Source of the DNA: an uncultured virus (IMG/VR IMGVR_UViG_3300032007_000021)
Taxonomy: Duplodnaviria > Heunggongvirae > Uroviricota > Caudoviricetes
Reading direction: 5' to 3' (one strand)
IMG/VR virus record: IMGVR_UViG_3300032007_000021
DNA length: 63,351 nt
In this document: positions 33,962-46,343 of the stretch, in pieces
Layout of the letters: each line of letters starts with the position of its first letter
Numbering within the stretch: position 1 is the stretch's first letter
Notes under the pieces: generated by a model
The model's database searches: none
What the model was told of the DNA's origin: nothing
Seen by the model: the letters and a program-made list of their open reading frames with translations, nothing else
Program-made: the position numbers and the translations under genes

Positions 33962-35182
33962 TTATCTGTTACCAAACCACATGTTTTTTTCCTTTTTATT
34001 ATAAAAATTCATAACATCAAAACTAAACACATTTCTAATCGTTTCATTCCATCCTGCTTTTTCCCGGTCTTTCAGTGAAGAAAAAACACTCCTGAAAATA
34101 GCAAGCGGAACAAAATCTTTAATTTTCATTTTTTCAAACATCATTGCCAAATCACAAACAGAAACAATAGAACGAGTAGAAAAAAGAGTTTCAATTTTAC
34201 TTTCAACCCACTGTTTTCTGATTTCATCTCTAAACCGAATCATTTTATTGACAATCTCTTCATCCTTAAATTTTTTTGTCATAATTTCTTTTTCTGCTTC
34301 AAGATTAAAACCAAAATGATAAGTAGCTGTAATTCTGTTAAGAGTAGAATCATCCATAATATTGTTCTGAGCAGTATAGCCCATTTCACCTTCATTGTCA
34401 GTTCCCCTACCAACAGTATTGCCAGCAAGAAACATTGCAAAACCAGGATGAGATTTCACAATTCTTCCTCCATCTCCAGAAATTTCAATACTTCTGGAAC
34501 AACCTGCTTCCCTCGGAATTTCCATAGCTCTGTTAAAAACAGCAAGAAAAACAGAAGGATTAATTGCGGCAAATTCATCAAGGAAAAACAAACCAGGCTT
34601 TCCAATTACTTTTGGATTTCCCGTACCATCAGTAACCACTTCTCCATATTCATTATAAAGAATCTGATTACCCTTTTCATCAACTTCAGTACCTTCAATA
34701 AAAGCCCGATAAAGTGGCCCTTTGTTCCATTCAATTTTATTCTGCCCACTTTCTTTATCAATCACAATGGTCTTGTCTCCCAGAAAATCAGAACTATCCA
34801 TGTCTTCACGCCCATTCACCTGATAAATCTTACTAAATCCTGCAATATTAGCTATTTCATGAACAAACTCAGATTTTCCCGATCCAGCACTTCCATACAG
34901 AACAACGTTTGCGCTCTTACAATGTTCATAATCATTTGCACAATTCATAATAGCCTATACTTCATCAGCAAAAGATGGCATGATATAATTGTGCTTCTCA
35001 ACATTATTTTTACGCACAACTCGATCATATTTCATGAAAATCACATCATCATTATTGTTAACCATAACAATACCTTTTCTAAGGAAGTCTTCTTTTCTGT
35101 TCTCAATTTTTTTCGCTTCTTTCTTGGAAAGAACGACATCTTTTTCTCTTGCTTCCTTAACGATTTCTTCAAACTCTTTCAT
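33962..35182 (-). CDS. MoxR/CobS-like AAA+ ATPase
   Basis: GSAGSGKS, FFLDE, HPGF...AGNT.GRG, DDSTLNR, STR; N-terminal ORF joined at TAG 34955. Confidence 0.85.
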
Positions 35183-35254
35183 TTCAAATCTCCTTTGATT
35201 TGTTTAGATTTTTTGGTTACATCCTCTATATAACAACAAAAAATTTTAATTACA
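35183..35254 (-). promoter_or_regulatory. repeated ~72-bp promoter/leader element
   Basis: Near-identical direct repeat. Confidence 0.8.
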
Positions 35255-35261
35255 AAAATTT

Positions 35262-37109
35262 TCATCTCTTGGAAATAATCTCTTTGAACGAATTGAAAAA
35301 ATTTTGTCCAAGTTCTTTAATAGATTCAAGATAAACAAAATTATCCTTTCCATAAAATTCTTTAGGCTCAAAAGTACCAATACCAAAAGCATAAACTTCA
35401 ACACCATTTGATCTAACAAATTTAATTGCTTTTTTAAGGTGTTCTCTCAATTCAAATCTATGCGCTCCACAATCGGGCAGACCATCAGACAAAACAAAGA
35501 TAATTTTTCTCTTCGTTCTCCGTCTGAAAATTCTATTATAAGCAATCAGCAAGCTTTCTCCATCAGCATTGTGAAATTCTGACTGAATATTGCCAAGTCG
35601 ATATTTACAAACATTATAATTTTCATTATAAGTCTTGTATTCTTTTATCTTCAAAGGACAACTTCTGGAAAATTCTGAATTGCGAGTAGAAAAATCTACT
35701 GTCGTAAAACCAAGAACTTCAAAATCAATATTAAGTTTAGAAAAGACCTCTGAAAAAGCAATAGTCATAGACCTTAATTCATTTATCATGTGATAAGTTG
35801 ATCCACTTTCATCAACAAGCAGAGTAACAGAAACATCAAGATCAATTCCATCCTTTTTTCGATAAAAAACTTTTTTAGTCAAAGATTTTCCTACAATAGC
35901 AAGTTTCTTTTTGTCAATTTTACCATGTTCAAGATTTGACATTTTTTGAATACGAGAAAGCCATCTCAAATATGCTTCAGTATAACTGGAAAGTTTATCA
36001 ATAGAGGATGAAATTATTTCTCTGGAAGTCTTGTAAACATCTGCTTTATCTTCCGGCTTATAAATCATATCACAATCTTTTAATGCAGTATATCCTCTCC
36101 ATTCTTCCTTGGATTCTTTACAAATATTTTTAATTTTTTCTTTCAAAATCTCTTCGATCAAATCTTTATCTTCAAAATCTTCGGAAAAATCTTTGCTTTC
36201 TTCACCTTCACTTTTTTCTGAAGATTCAGTTTCTTCACTTTTATTATTATCTTCTTCATCTTCACTTTTTTCGTAAGAACTACTGCTTTTTGCAGAATCA
36301 CTTTTATTCTTTTCATTTTTAGAAGAATTGTTTTCTTCATTTTTAGAAGAATTGTTTTCTTCATTTTTAGAAGAATTGTTTTCTTCATTTTTAGAAGAAT
36401 TGTTTTCAGAATCACGATCTTTCTTTTCGCTGTTTTTAGATTCATCAGAATTTTTATCTTCAGAACCATATTCATTTTCTTTTTGATTATTTTTCACATC
36501 TTCAAAAATTCTAATCAGCTCATCAGCAATTTTAGGAATACCAGCAAAACCCGCCTTATTATCAAAATCAGACAGACTTTTATATTTCTCAAAAACATCT
36601 TTTGATTTTTCAAAATATTCTCGGCCCTTTTCAGACATATTCCACAAAATAGAATGTCCTTGACTATTAATCATCAAAGCACAAATAGCTTCATTAACAG
36701 GCTTTAAGTTTTCAAGATTATCAGAAAACCTCTTACCAACAAGTTTAGACATTTCTTCGCCAAAACTATAAATATCGTTTCTCAGAACATTATTAATATC
36801 AGATACAGCTTTCTCAATCCTGCAATCCTCCAGAGCATTAACCAAATTTGCTTTCAAAGGACTCCACGATTCATCTTTATTTGCAGGAGTCAGTCTTGCG
36901 TGAGCTGCTTCATGGATATTTTTTCCTCTTACAATAATGTCATCCTTTTCATCTTTAATAATACCAAACATAGGACTGTAAATAATTTTGTTGTCAATAT
37001 CACAATGAGGAACATCATCATTGGAAATATAAGAATGTTTCCAATTTTTAGAATCTTCACCAATAACGATAGAATCCAGTGCCATGTTTGCAGAAATTCT
37101 TTGACTCAT
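35262..37109 (-). CDS. CobT-like vWA-domain partner of the AAA ATPase
   Basis: HEAAH and NALED metal motifs, acidic linker, MIDAS LVDESGS...LSDGLP. Confidence 0.85.
   Translation of the reverse strand: MSQRISANMALDSIVIGEDSKNWKHSYISNDDVPHCDIDNKIIYSPMFGIIKDEKDDIIVRGKNIHEAAHARLTPANKDESWSPLKANLVNALEDCRIEKAVSDINNVLRNDIYSFGEEMSKLVGKRFSDNLENLKPVNEAICALMINSQGHSILWNMSEKGREYFEKSKDVFEKYKSLSDFDNKAGFAGIPKIADELIRIFEDVKNNQKENEYGSEDKNSDESKNSEKKDRDSENNSSKNEENNSSKNEENNSSKNEENNSSKNEKNKSDSAKSSSSYEKSEDEEDNNKSEETESSEKSEGEESKDFSEDFEDKDLIEEILKEKIKNICKESKEEWRGYTALKDCDMIYKPEDKADVYKTSREIISSSIDKLSSYTEAYLRWLSRIQKMSNLEHGKIDKKKLAIVGKSLTKKVFYRKKDGIDLDVSVTLLVDESGSTYHMINELRSMTIAFSEVFSKLNIDFEVLGFTTVDFSTRNSEFSRSCPLKIKEYKTYNENYNVCKYRLGNIQSEFHNADGESLLIAYNRIFRRRTKRKIIFVLSDGLPDCGAHRFELREHLKKAIKFVRSNGVEVYAFGIGTFEPKEFYGKDNFVYLESIKELGQNFFNSFKEIISKR
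36317..36407. repeat. 24-bp tandem repeat (encodes ENNSSKNE), about 4 copies
   Basis: ttttagaagaattgttttcttcat repeated. Confidence 0.9.
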
Positions 37110-37183
37110 CTTTCAAATCTCCTTTGATTTGTTTAGATTTTTTGGTTACATCCTCTATATAACAACAAAAAATTTTAATTACA
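37110..37183 (-). promoter_or_regulatory. repeated ~72-bp promoter/leader element
   Basis: Near-identical direct repeat. Confidence 0.8.
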
Positions 37184-37187
37184 TTTT

Positions 37188-37481
37188 TTATTTCATATCA
37201 TCATCAAACATCATTAGCGTCAAATTTGGACAACTACCATTTACCTCTCCATAAGGATAAAAGCCAATCTTTTTTATCTTTCCACAAATATCAATATCCT
37301 TCCTCGATTTTTTCTTACAAAGAATTTTATATCTATCTTCAGACAAATCTATTTTTTCACTAAATTCACAATCTTTACAATTATCAAAAATTGTTTCTAT
37401 TGTTACAACTCTCTTTATTTTCAACATCTCTTTTTTCTTCAAAATATCAAAATTTACTTTTCTTCTTTCACTTCTTGTCAT
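37188..37481 (-). CDS. hypothetical protein
   Basis: Track ORF with GGAG RBS. Confidence 0.6.
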   Translation of the reverse strand: MTRSERRKVNFDILKKKEMLKIKRVVTIETIFDNCKDCEFSEKIDLSEDRYKILCKKKSRKDIDICGKIKKIGFYPYGEVNGSCPNLTLMMFDDDMK

Positions 37482-37595
37482 GTTGTTTCTCCTTTTTCAC
37501 CATTCCTATCATTTTTCACCATTCCTATATAACTACAAAAAAAGAAGGGAACATTTTTGTTTCCCTTCTTTCAACATAAAATTATTTAATAATTA

Positions 37596-38354
37596 TTACT
37601 TAATTCCCTTTAAAGACATCTGAATCTTTTTCAAGTCTTCAAGAGTGATTTCATATAATTTTGTTGTCGGGCCAATAGTTTTTGTAGTTCCTTTTGTATT
37701 TAACAACTTCCAATCAACACAATTATTCAATCTCTTATCATTGTAACGACGAGATTTAGAAAAACTCTTCATCATATCACTTTTAGTGACTTCATCCTAA
37801 TCTTCCTATTCTTCATCTGCCGCCTATATTTCCTATGCCATGGCAATAATTCTCTTACTCAAACTCTCTTTTTGAGAAGCTGTCAACTATTGTTTCTTTC
37901 CCTTCAAAACACCAGCCAATTTAACCAATCTCTATGCTATAGCTAATTTCTTTTCCTAATCAGAAGTAACTTCATCAAACTCATTATCAGCCATTTTTCT
38001 CTCTCCTATAATTATAAGTTTTCTTGTACAATTAGCAATTTTTTTAGCAACAACCTGTGTTTCATCTTCGATGTCAGAAGCCTAAACATCTCTTAAATCA
38101 CAACTGATTTTTTGTATATCTTCATTCGATAATTTTTGCAATTTATTTCCAATAACATTTAATTTCTTGGCAACATAATCTTTCTGCTATTCATTCAAAT
38201 CAGTTTCCTTATTAAACAAACCGTTTGCTATTTTGCTCAAAGATTTCACTGAATTTCCTAAAATTCTTGCACTTCTTGTCTATTCTGGAACATTCGTAAT
38301 TTCTTTTTCAACATCAACTTTATCCTCTATCTCATTTTGAATAGGCTATTCCAT
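37596..38354 (-). CDS. hypothetical protein, possibly virion-associated
   Basis: GGGAG RBS; frame open through about 11 TAG; contains IA*RLVKLA-like helices and the acidic run ADEE*ED*DE. Confidence 0.65.
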
Positions 38355-38385
38355 AATAATCTCCCTTTTTTATTTTTTATTTTAA

Positions 38386-40572
38386 TTACAAATAATTATA
38401 AACAAATTCTTCTTTTTGATAATCAACTTTTACTTTACCACCATTTTTCAATTTTCCAAACAAAATTTCATCAACAATCTTTTCTGATATATATTTGTTA
38501 ACAAATCTTTCAACAGGTCTTCCTCCCATATTTTCTTTAACAGAATCATCAACAATTTTTTGGACACAAGTTTTAGTGATTTCTATCTAAACATTTTTGT
38601 CCTTCAAATCTTTATTTATTCTACTAATATTTTTATAAACAATATTTTCCATAGATGATTTAGAAAGATTGTTAAAAAAACAAATTTCTGAAATCCTATT
38701 TCTAAACTCCGGAGGGAATGTCTTTTTCATTACATTTTCAATAATTTTTCCTTTTTCTTTTTGTTTATCTTCTTCTGTAACAACAAACCCAACAGCCGAA
38801 CTTGTTTGTTCAGCAACAGATATTCCAACATTACTTGTCATAAGCAAAATAACATTTTTAAAATTCGCTTCTCTACCATTATTATCTGTCAGTTTTCCTT
38901 CATCCATTACTTGCAACAAAAGATTATACACATTTTTATGTGCCTTTTCAATCTCATCCAACAACACAACACTATTAGGATTACGAATAACTGGTTCTGT
39001 CAATGCTCCACTTTGTTCATAACCAACAAACCCCTGAGCGCATCCAGTCAACTTGTTTACATCCATTTCCAAAGAATATTCGGACATATCAAGCTTCACA
39101 AAATTCATACCAAGATTTTTCGCTAACAACTTGGAAAACTCTGTCTTTCCTGTTCCTGTCGCACCAAGCAAAAGAGCAGACAGACATTTATTATTGTTAT
39201 AAAGTCCAGCTTTCATCATTTTAATTTTTCTAACAATAGAATCAACTGTTTCATCCTGACCAAACAACTCTGTTTTTATTCCAACATCTAACATTTTTAT
39301 TTTTTCAGTTTCATCCTTACTAACACTTATTTCATTAATATTAGCCATTTTACAAACAACATTCTCGACATCTTTTCTTGTAACATTTTTAGATTTTACA
39401 AAACCGGAACGATGTTTAGCACCTATTTCATCCATTACATCTATAGCCTTATCTGGAAAATGCTTATCAAATAAATAACGCGCAGACAAATCAACAATAT
39501 CTCTCAACACTTCGTCAGAATATTTAACTCCATGAAACACCTCATAATCATTTCTTACACCCTGAATAATTTCAAAAGTCTCTTCTTTTGAAGGTTCAAT
39601 CAAATCTATCTTCTTAAATCTTCTTGCAAACGCTTTGTCTTTCAATATTTTTTTATATTCATCATAAGTAGTTGCACCAATCACTCGCAACTTTCCATTA
39701 GACAAATAAGGCTTCAATATGTTACTCGCATCTAAAGCACCCTCATTTCCTCCAACACCAGCTCCAATAATCGTATGAATCTCATCTATAAACAAAATTG
39801 ATTTCGGATTTGTAGAAATTTCTTTTATAACATTCTCCAATCTCTCTTCAAATTCTCCTCTAAATTTTGTTCCCGCAATCATAGAACCCATATCCAAAGA
39901 CCAAACTTCAAATCCCTTCATAGATTTTGGAACACTATTTTCTGCAATCCTCAAAGCAAGACCTTCAACTACACTCGTTTTTCCACAACCTTCAACACCA
40001 CACAAAATTACATTATTACTCTTCTTCTTGTTTAGAATTTCAATCATCCTTTCTGTTTCACTATTTCTACCAATAATTTTACCAATTTTACCTTCCTTTG
40101 CCATATCCACAAGATTAACAGCAAATCTATTCAAAATTCCATTACAAAACTCTTGTCTTTTTCTAATATAATCACTCACATCAGATTCTTTAATTCCAAC
40201 CTTTTCCAAAAAGAATTTGGCAAAACTATCTTCATCTTCAAACAACGACTGAAAAAGTTGAAGACTATCCGGCTCCATAGCCCTCAAATTAGCCATTACA
40301 ATAGCTCTCTGTATCACCTGTGTATAAGCATTTGTCGGAACAATTTTACTTATATCTGTTGTTTTATCAAAATCCTTAAAAAAAGCATCAACATCTTTTT
40401 CAACCACATTTAAACTAAATTTATTTGTTTTAAAAAAATCCTTCACTTTCTTATCATTAAGCAAAACCTTCAACAAATGCTCCGGAACAACAAAAGCATG
40501 TTTGTTTTTCTCAACATAAGTTTGAACTTCACCAACAATCTTCTTCAATTCAGCATAATCTTTTTCATTCAT
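38386..40572 (-). CDS. clpA: ClpA-type Hsp100 ATPase
   Basis: Two AAA modules (GVEGCGKT/FIDEIH; GATGTGKT/LLDEIEKAH), GTKFRGEFEER, PEFRNRI; C-terminus completed across TAG 38587. Confidence 0.92.
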
Positions 40573-40576
40573 TCTT

Positions 40577-40876
40577 TCAATCCCTTTCAATCGTTACTTT
40601 CAATGGAAAATTATTCTTTTTAGCTGCATCCAAACAAATACTTTGTTTGGTTTCTGCTATTGATTTTATATAAATACCAGCTACACCAGACCCTTTTTGA
40701 TGTATAGTCAACATCAAATCTACAGCTTCATCAACCGTCTTATCAAAAACTTCTGTCAACATCCCAATAACAAAAGCCATTGTAGTAATCTAATCATTCC
40801 AAAAAATGACCTTGTATTTATGTGGCATCTAAACATTTATTTTTTCAACTACACTTGTTTGACTTTTATTTGACAT
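40577..40876 (-). CDS. clpS: ClpS adaptor
   Basis: YKVIFWND*ITTMAFV...MLTIHQKG.GVAG.Y...IAETK...FPL; directly upstream of clpA. Confidence 0.9.
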
Positions 40877-40998
40877 ACAATCCTCCATTATCCAATCATA
40901 TTAATTATTCCTGAAATAAACAAACAAAAACTGTTTATATCAATAGAACCAATAAAAACAAAAACTTTTGATAAAAATACAATCATTATCTTCTCCTT

Positions 40999-41391
40999 TT
41001 AAGCCCAATCAGGTAAATTTTCAAAAACAACGCTAATAATCATATAAAAAATAGTGTTTTTACTTTTACAATTAATTTCTTGAATATTAATAGAGCAAAT
41101 ATTATCAAAAAACTCTCTAACTTTCAAATTATAATTTTTTGAAATATAACCCAAACATTCATATTTATTTTCAACAAAACAACAAACAGCAATAGCATTT
41201 TTATCAAAAGCATTTTTGTCGTCTAAAAGCAAAAAACAATTTGGATATTTTTTTGTATTTTTATACTATTCATATAATCTTTTCAGTTTTTCTTGACGAT
41301 TTTCAAAAGTAACACCAACTACATTAAACAATAATTCCCTTGTTGCGCTTTTTCTTTTTTTAAAACGTTCCAGTACACTTTTGGTGTCCAT
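40999..41391 (-). CDS. HIRAN domain protein
   Basis: VVGVTFENRQ, NAFDKNAIAV, LGYI. Confidence 0.75.
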
Positions 41392-41454
41392 CTGTCATTT
41401 CCTTTCATTTATCATTTTTAGTTTGTTTACAAAAATAAATAACAAAAAATTTTT

Positions 41455-42012
41455 TTATGACAAAATCTGTTCTCCATATTTTTGTACAAGAGCATAAAGT
41501 AATTGCAATGTTGAAAAACTATCTCCCAAACCTCTATGTCCACCATAATTTATATTAAATAATTTTGACAAACTCTACAAAGAATTTGATTCAAAACACT
41601 TTAGCTTTTTTACAATCTTATATGTATCAATTGATTTTATATCATACATTTGAACTCCAACCTAACTAAATTTTTGATTCAACATAGGTATATCAAATTT
41701 TTCTCCATTATGAGTAACCAACAAACTATTACTCAAATATTCAGCCATTTTTTTTGCTCTTTCCTTAAAAGTCTTTTTATTTAATCTTTCCCTATCTTTG
41801 ATGTGATGAACATTTCTAACCAAATACATAGAACTATGACCACCACCAAATTGGGTAGTATATTCTCGCACTATTTTTCCTTCATTAACCTATATCAAAC
41901 CGATCTCTATTATCATGTTTCTAATAATGTCAAGCCCAGTTGTCTCCAAATCTAAAGCAATCATTCTCTTATCTAACAAACAAGCTGGGCATTTATATTC
42001 TGTATAACTCAT
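41455..42012 (-). CDS. DEDDh 3'-5' exonuclease (DnaQ-like)
   Basis: DLETTGL, IEIG, HNGEKFD, IDT, HRGLGD. Confidence 0.85.
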
Positions 42013-42018
42013 GTTAAA

Positions 42019-43146
42019 TCAAATTTCTCCAGATTCAACAATTTCATTTTCTTCCTGAAATTCATTCACAATCTATTCATCACTCATCGTTTCAACTTCT
42101 ATCTGTTCTTCTTTCAATTCCACAATATTTCCTTTCAATTTATCTTCAAGTTTCTTTTTCATTTCTTCGTATAATTCAGGTTTCTGTTCAAGTAATTCTT
42201 TAAATTTTGTTAAACCTTGAGCAATATTTTCACCTTCATAAGCTATCCAAGCACCTTTCTTTTGAACAATACCTCTCTAAATTATCCCTTCAATTACTGT
42301 TGCTTTATTGTCAATACCTTTACCAAAAGAAATGATAAATTCACCTTTTTTATACGGAGGAAATGTTTTATTCTTTGTGGTTTCTGCTTTCACTCTAATG
42401 GAAACTTTTTCTTTATTGTCTCCTGTACCTTCCTCAACAGCTCCAATCTTGGAAAATTTAATTCTAATGCTGTCATAATACTTCAGAGAATTTCCACCAG
42501 CAACCGTCTATGGATTTCCCATCATCACCCCAATTTTATTACGAATCTGATTTGTAAAAACAATAGTTGTACCATATTTTGCTGCTATTGGAACAAGTTT
42601 CCTTAAAGACCTACTCATCATTCTGGCTTGTACTCCCATCAATTGTTTTCCATAGTCTTCTTCCTCTGTTTCTGATCTTGGAACCATAGCCGCAACACTA
42701 TCAACAACAATCAAACTACAAGAACCCGTTTCAATCAATCCCTGAACAATACCAAAGGCATCTTCTCCTGAATCTGGTTGTGCCAAAACAAGTTCTTCAA
42801 TATTTACCCCCACACTTTTTGCATACGAATTATCCGAAGAATATTCAGAATCTATAAATGCAGCGAACTTATTTGGATATTTCTTTTGGGCTTCGCTAAT
42901 AGCATGATAACACGCTGTTGTCTTACCACAACTTTCTTGACCATATAATTCAACTATTCTTCCTACTGGCCATCCTCCACCAGTAATTTCGTCCAAAGCA
43001 ATACTGCCCGTTGGGATTCTCTCCAAAGGCTATATTTTAGTATTTCCAAGAAAATTCACAGAACCCCTACCAAACTTTTTCTGTAACTCACCACATATCT
43101 TATCTAATACCTAAAATTTTTTCGCTTTAATTTTATCTTCACTCAT
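42019..43146 (-). CDS. recA: RecA recombinase
   Basis: IPTGSIALD, GQESCGKTT, IVVDSVAAMVP, NQIRNKIGVMMGNP*TVAGGNSLKYY, KNKTFPPYK. Confidence 0.97.
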
Positions 43147-43170
43147 TATTTCAATCCTTTCTATTAAAAT

Positions 43171-43210
43171 TAATAGTGAAGATGATTTTTTATTGTCATC
43201 TTCACTATTA
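43171..43210. terminator. hairpin
   Basis: taatagtgaagatga...tcatcttcactatta. Confidence 0.6.
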
Positions 43211-43226
43211 TATTTTTAATTATTCA

Positions 43227-44054
43227 TTAAAACGGGTCTTCTTCACTGTTTCCTTCAAGCAAACATTTGACATCTTCCTACAAGTTTTCCAAAAGTTTTT
43301 CTTGCTCATAAGGCTTTCCACACATCAATTTTAAATCTAACAATTTCATCTACTTTTCTTCTTCAGTTAAAGGAGTAGTCTTAATGGACATCCCATCATA
43401 AACGGGCAACACATTGTATTTAACCTTACCTTCACTTCCTCCACCACTCTTAGTAACAATCAAATCAATCCCGTTTTCTTCGCTTGAAATATCAACACCT
43501 TTCAATTTTTCTGAAAGAGCAGAAATACCCTGCATCAACTCATACGGAACTTCAATAATCTTATATCCACGAATTTTTTCTTCCTCATTGACATAAGGAT
43601 GATCTCTATCTATACAATTAAAATAGTATCTTGTCTTCACATCACACTTATATTTCAAATCCTTGAAAAACTTCTTGTCTTTCTATTCCAAACTCTTTCC
43701 CTATTCAGAATAAAGAATATCTCCAGCAATCTTACGAATCTTACAAATAACACACTCACCATTTTTGTGGTCTTTTTCTTCTTCAATATCCCAATTAGAA
43801 CAATTAATTTGATAAGGCATCTTATCATCTCCCACAAAAAGCTTTTCATCATATAACTTCAAAGAGTTAAATGCACTTGGCCCAATCCAATGATTATGAG
43901 TAATAATAAAATCACCAACCAATCGAATTGTATGTTCACCCTTTTCCCACTTAAACCAATTATCAGTTTTCGGGAAACTTCCAGTTAATTTAGTTCCTCT
44001 TTCTGCTTCTCTGCGTTCTTGTTCTCTTTTCATCCGTTCTTGTAATGTACTCAT
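43227..44054 (-). CDS. gp32-like single-stranded DNA binding protein
   Basis: WFKWEKGEHTIRLVG, C..CVIC, RYYFNCIDR, GIDLIVTK, acidic EEDPF tail; lies upstream of recA. Confidence 0.65.
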
Positions 44055-44294
44055 GATTTTTTCTCCTTTTATTTTTTCTTTTTTTATTTTTCCGTAATTT
44101 TTATTTGAAAATTACCGTACACTCTATACATAACTCTGTTTTTTATTATATCACAATTTATTAAATAAATTTCAAAATAAAAAACCTTGAACAAACCTTG
44201 ATTTTTCTATTCTGTTTTTAGCTATATAAAAATATTGTTTATTCAGCTATATTCCTATAAAATCTCTTTCTGTGTTGCTTAATTTAAACAAATC

Positions 44295-45626
44295 TTATAC
44301 AAAAATATATGACTTTATATAAGATTTATCTGAATTTAATCTATAAGAAACTCTAATATTTTTATTTTTATCAGAGAAGAAATTTCTGTAACACATCTTA
44401 AACTTCTTTTTAAGAAATTTAGAAACCTCACTCCAAGTTGGAACTTGCTAAAAATTAGAACTTATCTCTTTCTTCCAACGATTCGATAAATCCTCAAGTT
44501 TTACCTTGGTATCTCCAAATTTCTTTAAATCTTCATCTTTCCTTTTTCCAATCTAAATTGCGGCAGCTATAGAATCAATTTCTTTCTAATTCTATAATTG
44601 TCCTTTAATTGAACTATATCCTGCAAAAACTTTTTGCACTTTAATTCCTATCAAATTACATCTTTTCTTTAAATTATTAACAAAACAATTTCTTAACCAA
44701 TCATTATTACAATTTTTATTAAAACTTTTTCCTTTCTTTTTATCTGAACTTTTTATATTTAAATCCTACAAAACCAATGTCTATACTTTATATTGTTTTA
44801 ATATCTACGATATTCTTTTGCTTATTTGTAATGTTTCATATTTTCTTTTATTATACAAATATTTTCTATATTCAGCCTTGTTTTCTTTATCTTTATAAGA
44901 TTTCTTTTTATCTAAATCATTTAAATCTTTTAACGAAAACACAGTTTTTAATAAATGTTTATTATTATCTGATATAACTAAAGCTATATAATTAGGATTT
45001 TGGTCTATTGATGCTATTCTATTGTTTTGGGGATTGTATTCTTTATCTTTTAATATTATCTAATCAAATATTAACCAAACATATTCTTGATTTAACTAAA
45101 CAGTATAACTAAAAGATTTTTTATTTTTATCATAAATTTCTTGCAATTGATTCAATAATTCTTTTTGATTTTTACTTACAATATATTCCAAACAAAAATG
45201 TTTACTTCTATTTTGTTTAAATATTATTTTATCATTTTTCAAATCCAAGTCAACTTTTCTGTTCCCGTTATCCTATTTTCTTCCTATAATTCTCAACGGC
45301 AACATTCTTAAATTTATAATTTGTTCTTTTGTTAGAAAACCATTAAGATATTTTTTATAATTTGTTTTCCCGCCAAATATTACTTTCTATCCATTTGTTT
45401 TATAAATTTGTTTTGATTTAGCAACTGCAAACTAAATAATTGAATAATCCAACTACTAAATATTATTCATATTTACTTTTACTAATTTTATAACATCAGA
45501 ATCTTTAATAATTCCATTATTATCAGAATAACGATTATAAGCAAATCTAACAACATTATTAAATTGCTTCAATAATCTCTAATATCCTTTTTGTTCTTCT
45601 TTTAATTTTAATTTAATCGTTATCAT
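44295..45626 (-). CDS. tnpB: TnpB (RuvC-type RNA-guided nuclease family)
   Basis: RFAYNR, IFGGK, GNRK; RuvC-I SIDQNPNYIA, RuvC-II LVL*DL, RuvC-III IDSIAAAI*IGKR. Confidence 0.8.
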
Positions 45627-45691
45627 TAAATATTTCCTTATATTCTTTTATATTTTCATATATAAATTTATATAAAAGAATTATTTTGTTT

Positions 45692-46288
45692 TTATTCATT
45701 TTGAGGTATAATTATATTCTAATTTGTATCTTGTATTTTTAATTGCTACTATATTTTTTTGGCTTTATTTTTTCCACGTCTCAATCCATATAATCTACAA
45801 CAAAAACTTGTAACAATAGAAACTAAATCTTTTATCAAATCAACTTCATTATTTTCATTTGGAAAAATAACTTCTATATTACAACTCAACTTTTTCAATA
45901 ATTTCTACAAATAATTAAATCCAAATCTTGTCAATCTATCTTTATTCTAACAAACAATTGTTGTAGGATTACTTTCCATCATTTTCCAAAATTCTTTTCT
46001 GTTATCATTCATTCCAGAAGCAATCTATTTATAAATCTAATCTATTTTTATTCCTTTAGATATACAATATTGTTTACATCTTTCAACTTGCAACTATAAA
46101 TCATGTTTTCTATCTTTACTCGAAACTCTACAATAAATTACATTCCTTATTTTTTTTATCTATTCATCTTTTACTACTATGGTTCCGCTATGCAATTGAT
46201 AAGCATTAGGTATCAATCCTTTCTTATACCAATTATGCGCAGTTATATATGTTACATTATTTTTCTTTGCATATTCTGATAATTTCAT
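45692..46288 (-). CDS. tnpA: IS607 transposase (HTH plus serine recombinase)
   Basis: MKLSEYAKK, YCRVSS, *IASGMNDNR, C*NKDRLTRFGF, RLYG.R. Confidence 0.88.
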
Positions 46289-46343
46289 AATTAATATTCT
46301 CCTATGTTTTTATATATTTTATTCTACTAATTGTGAAATTCCT

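Larger units (their letters stand above)
44180..46330 (-). mobile_element. IS607-family element (ends approximate)
   Basis: tnpA serine recombinase plus tnpB; short direct repeats aaaccttga at about 44182-44201. Confidence 0.7.

Noticed and set aside
36158..36475. Track ORF with KTILLKMK repeats
   Set aside because: Alternative frame of the 24-bp repeat inside the vWA gene.
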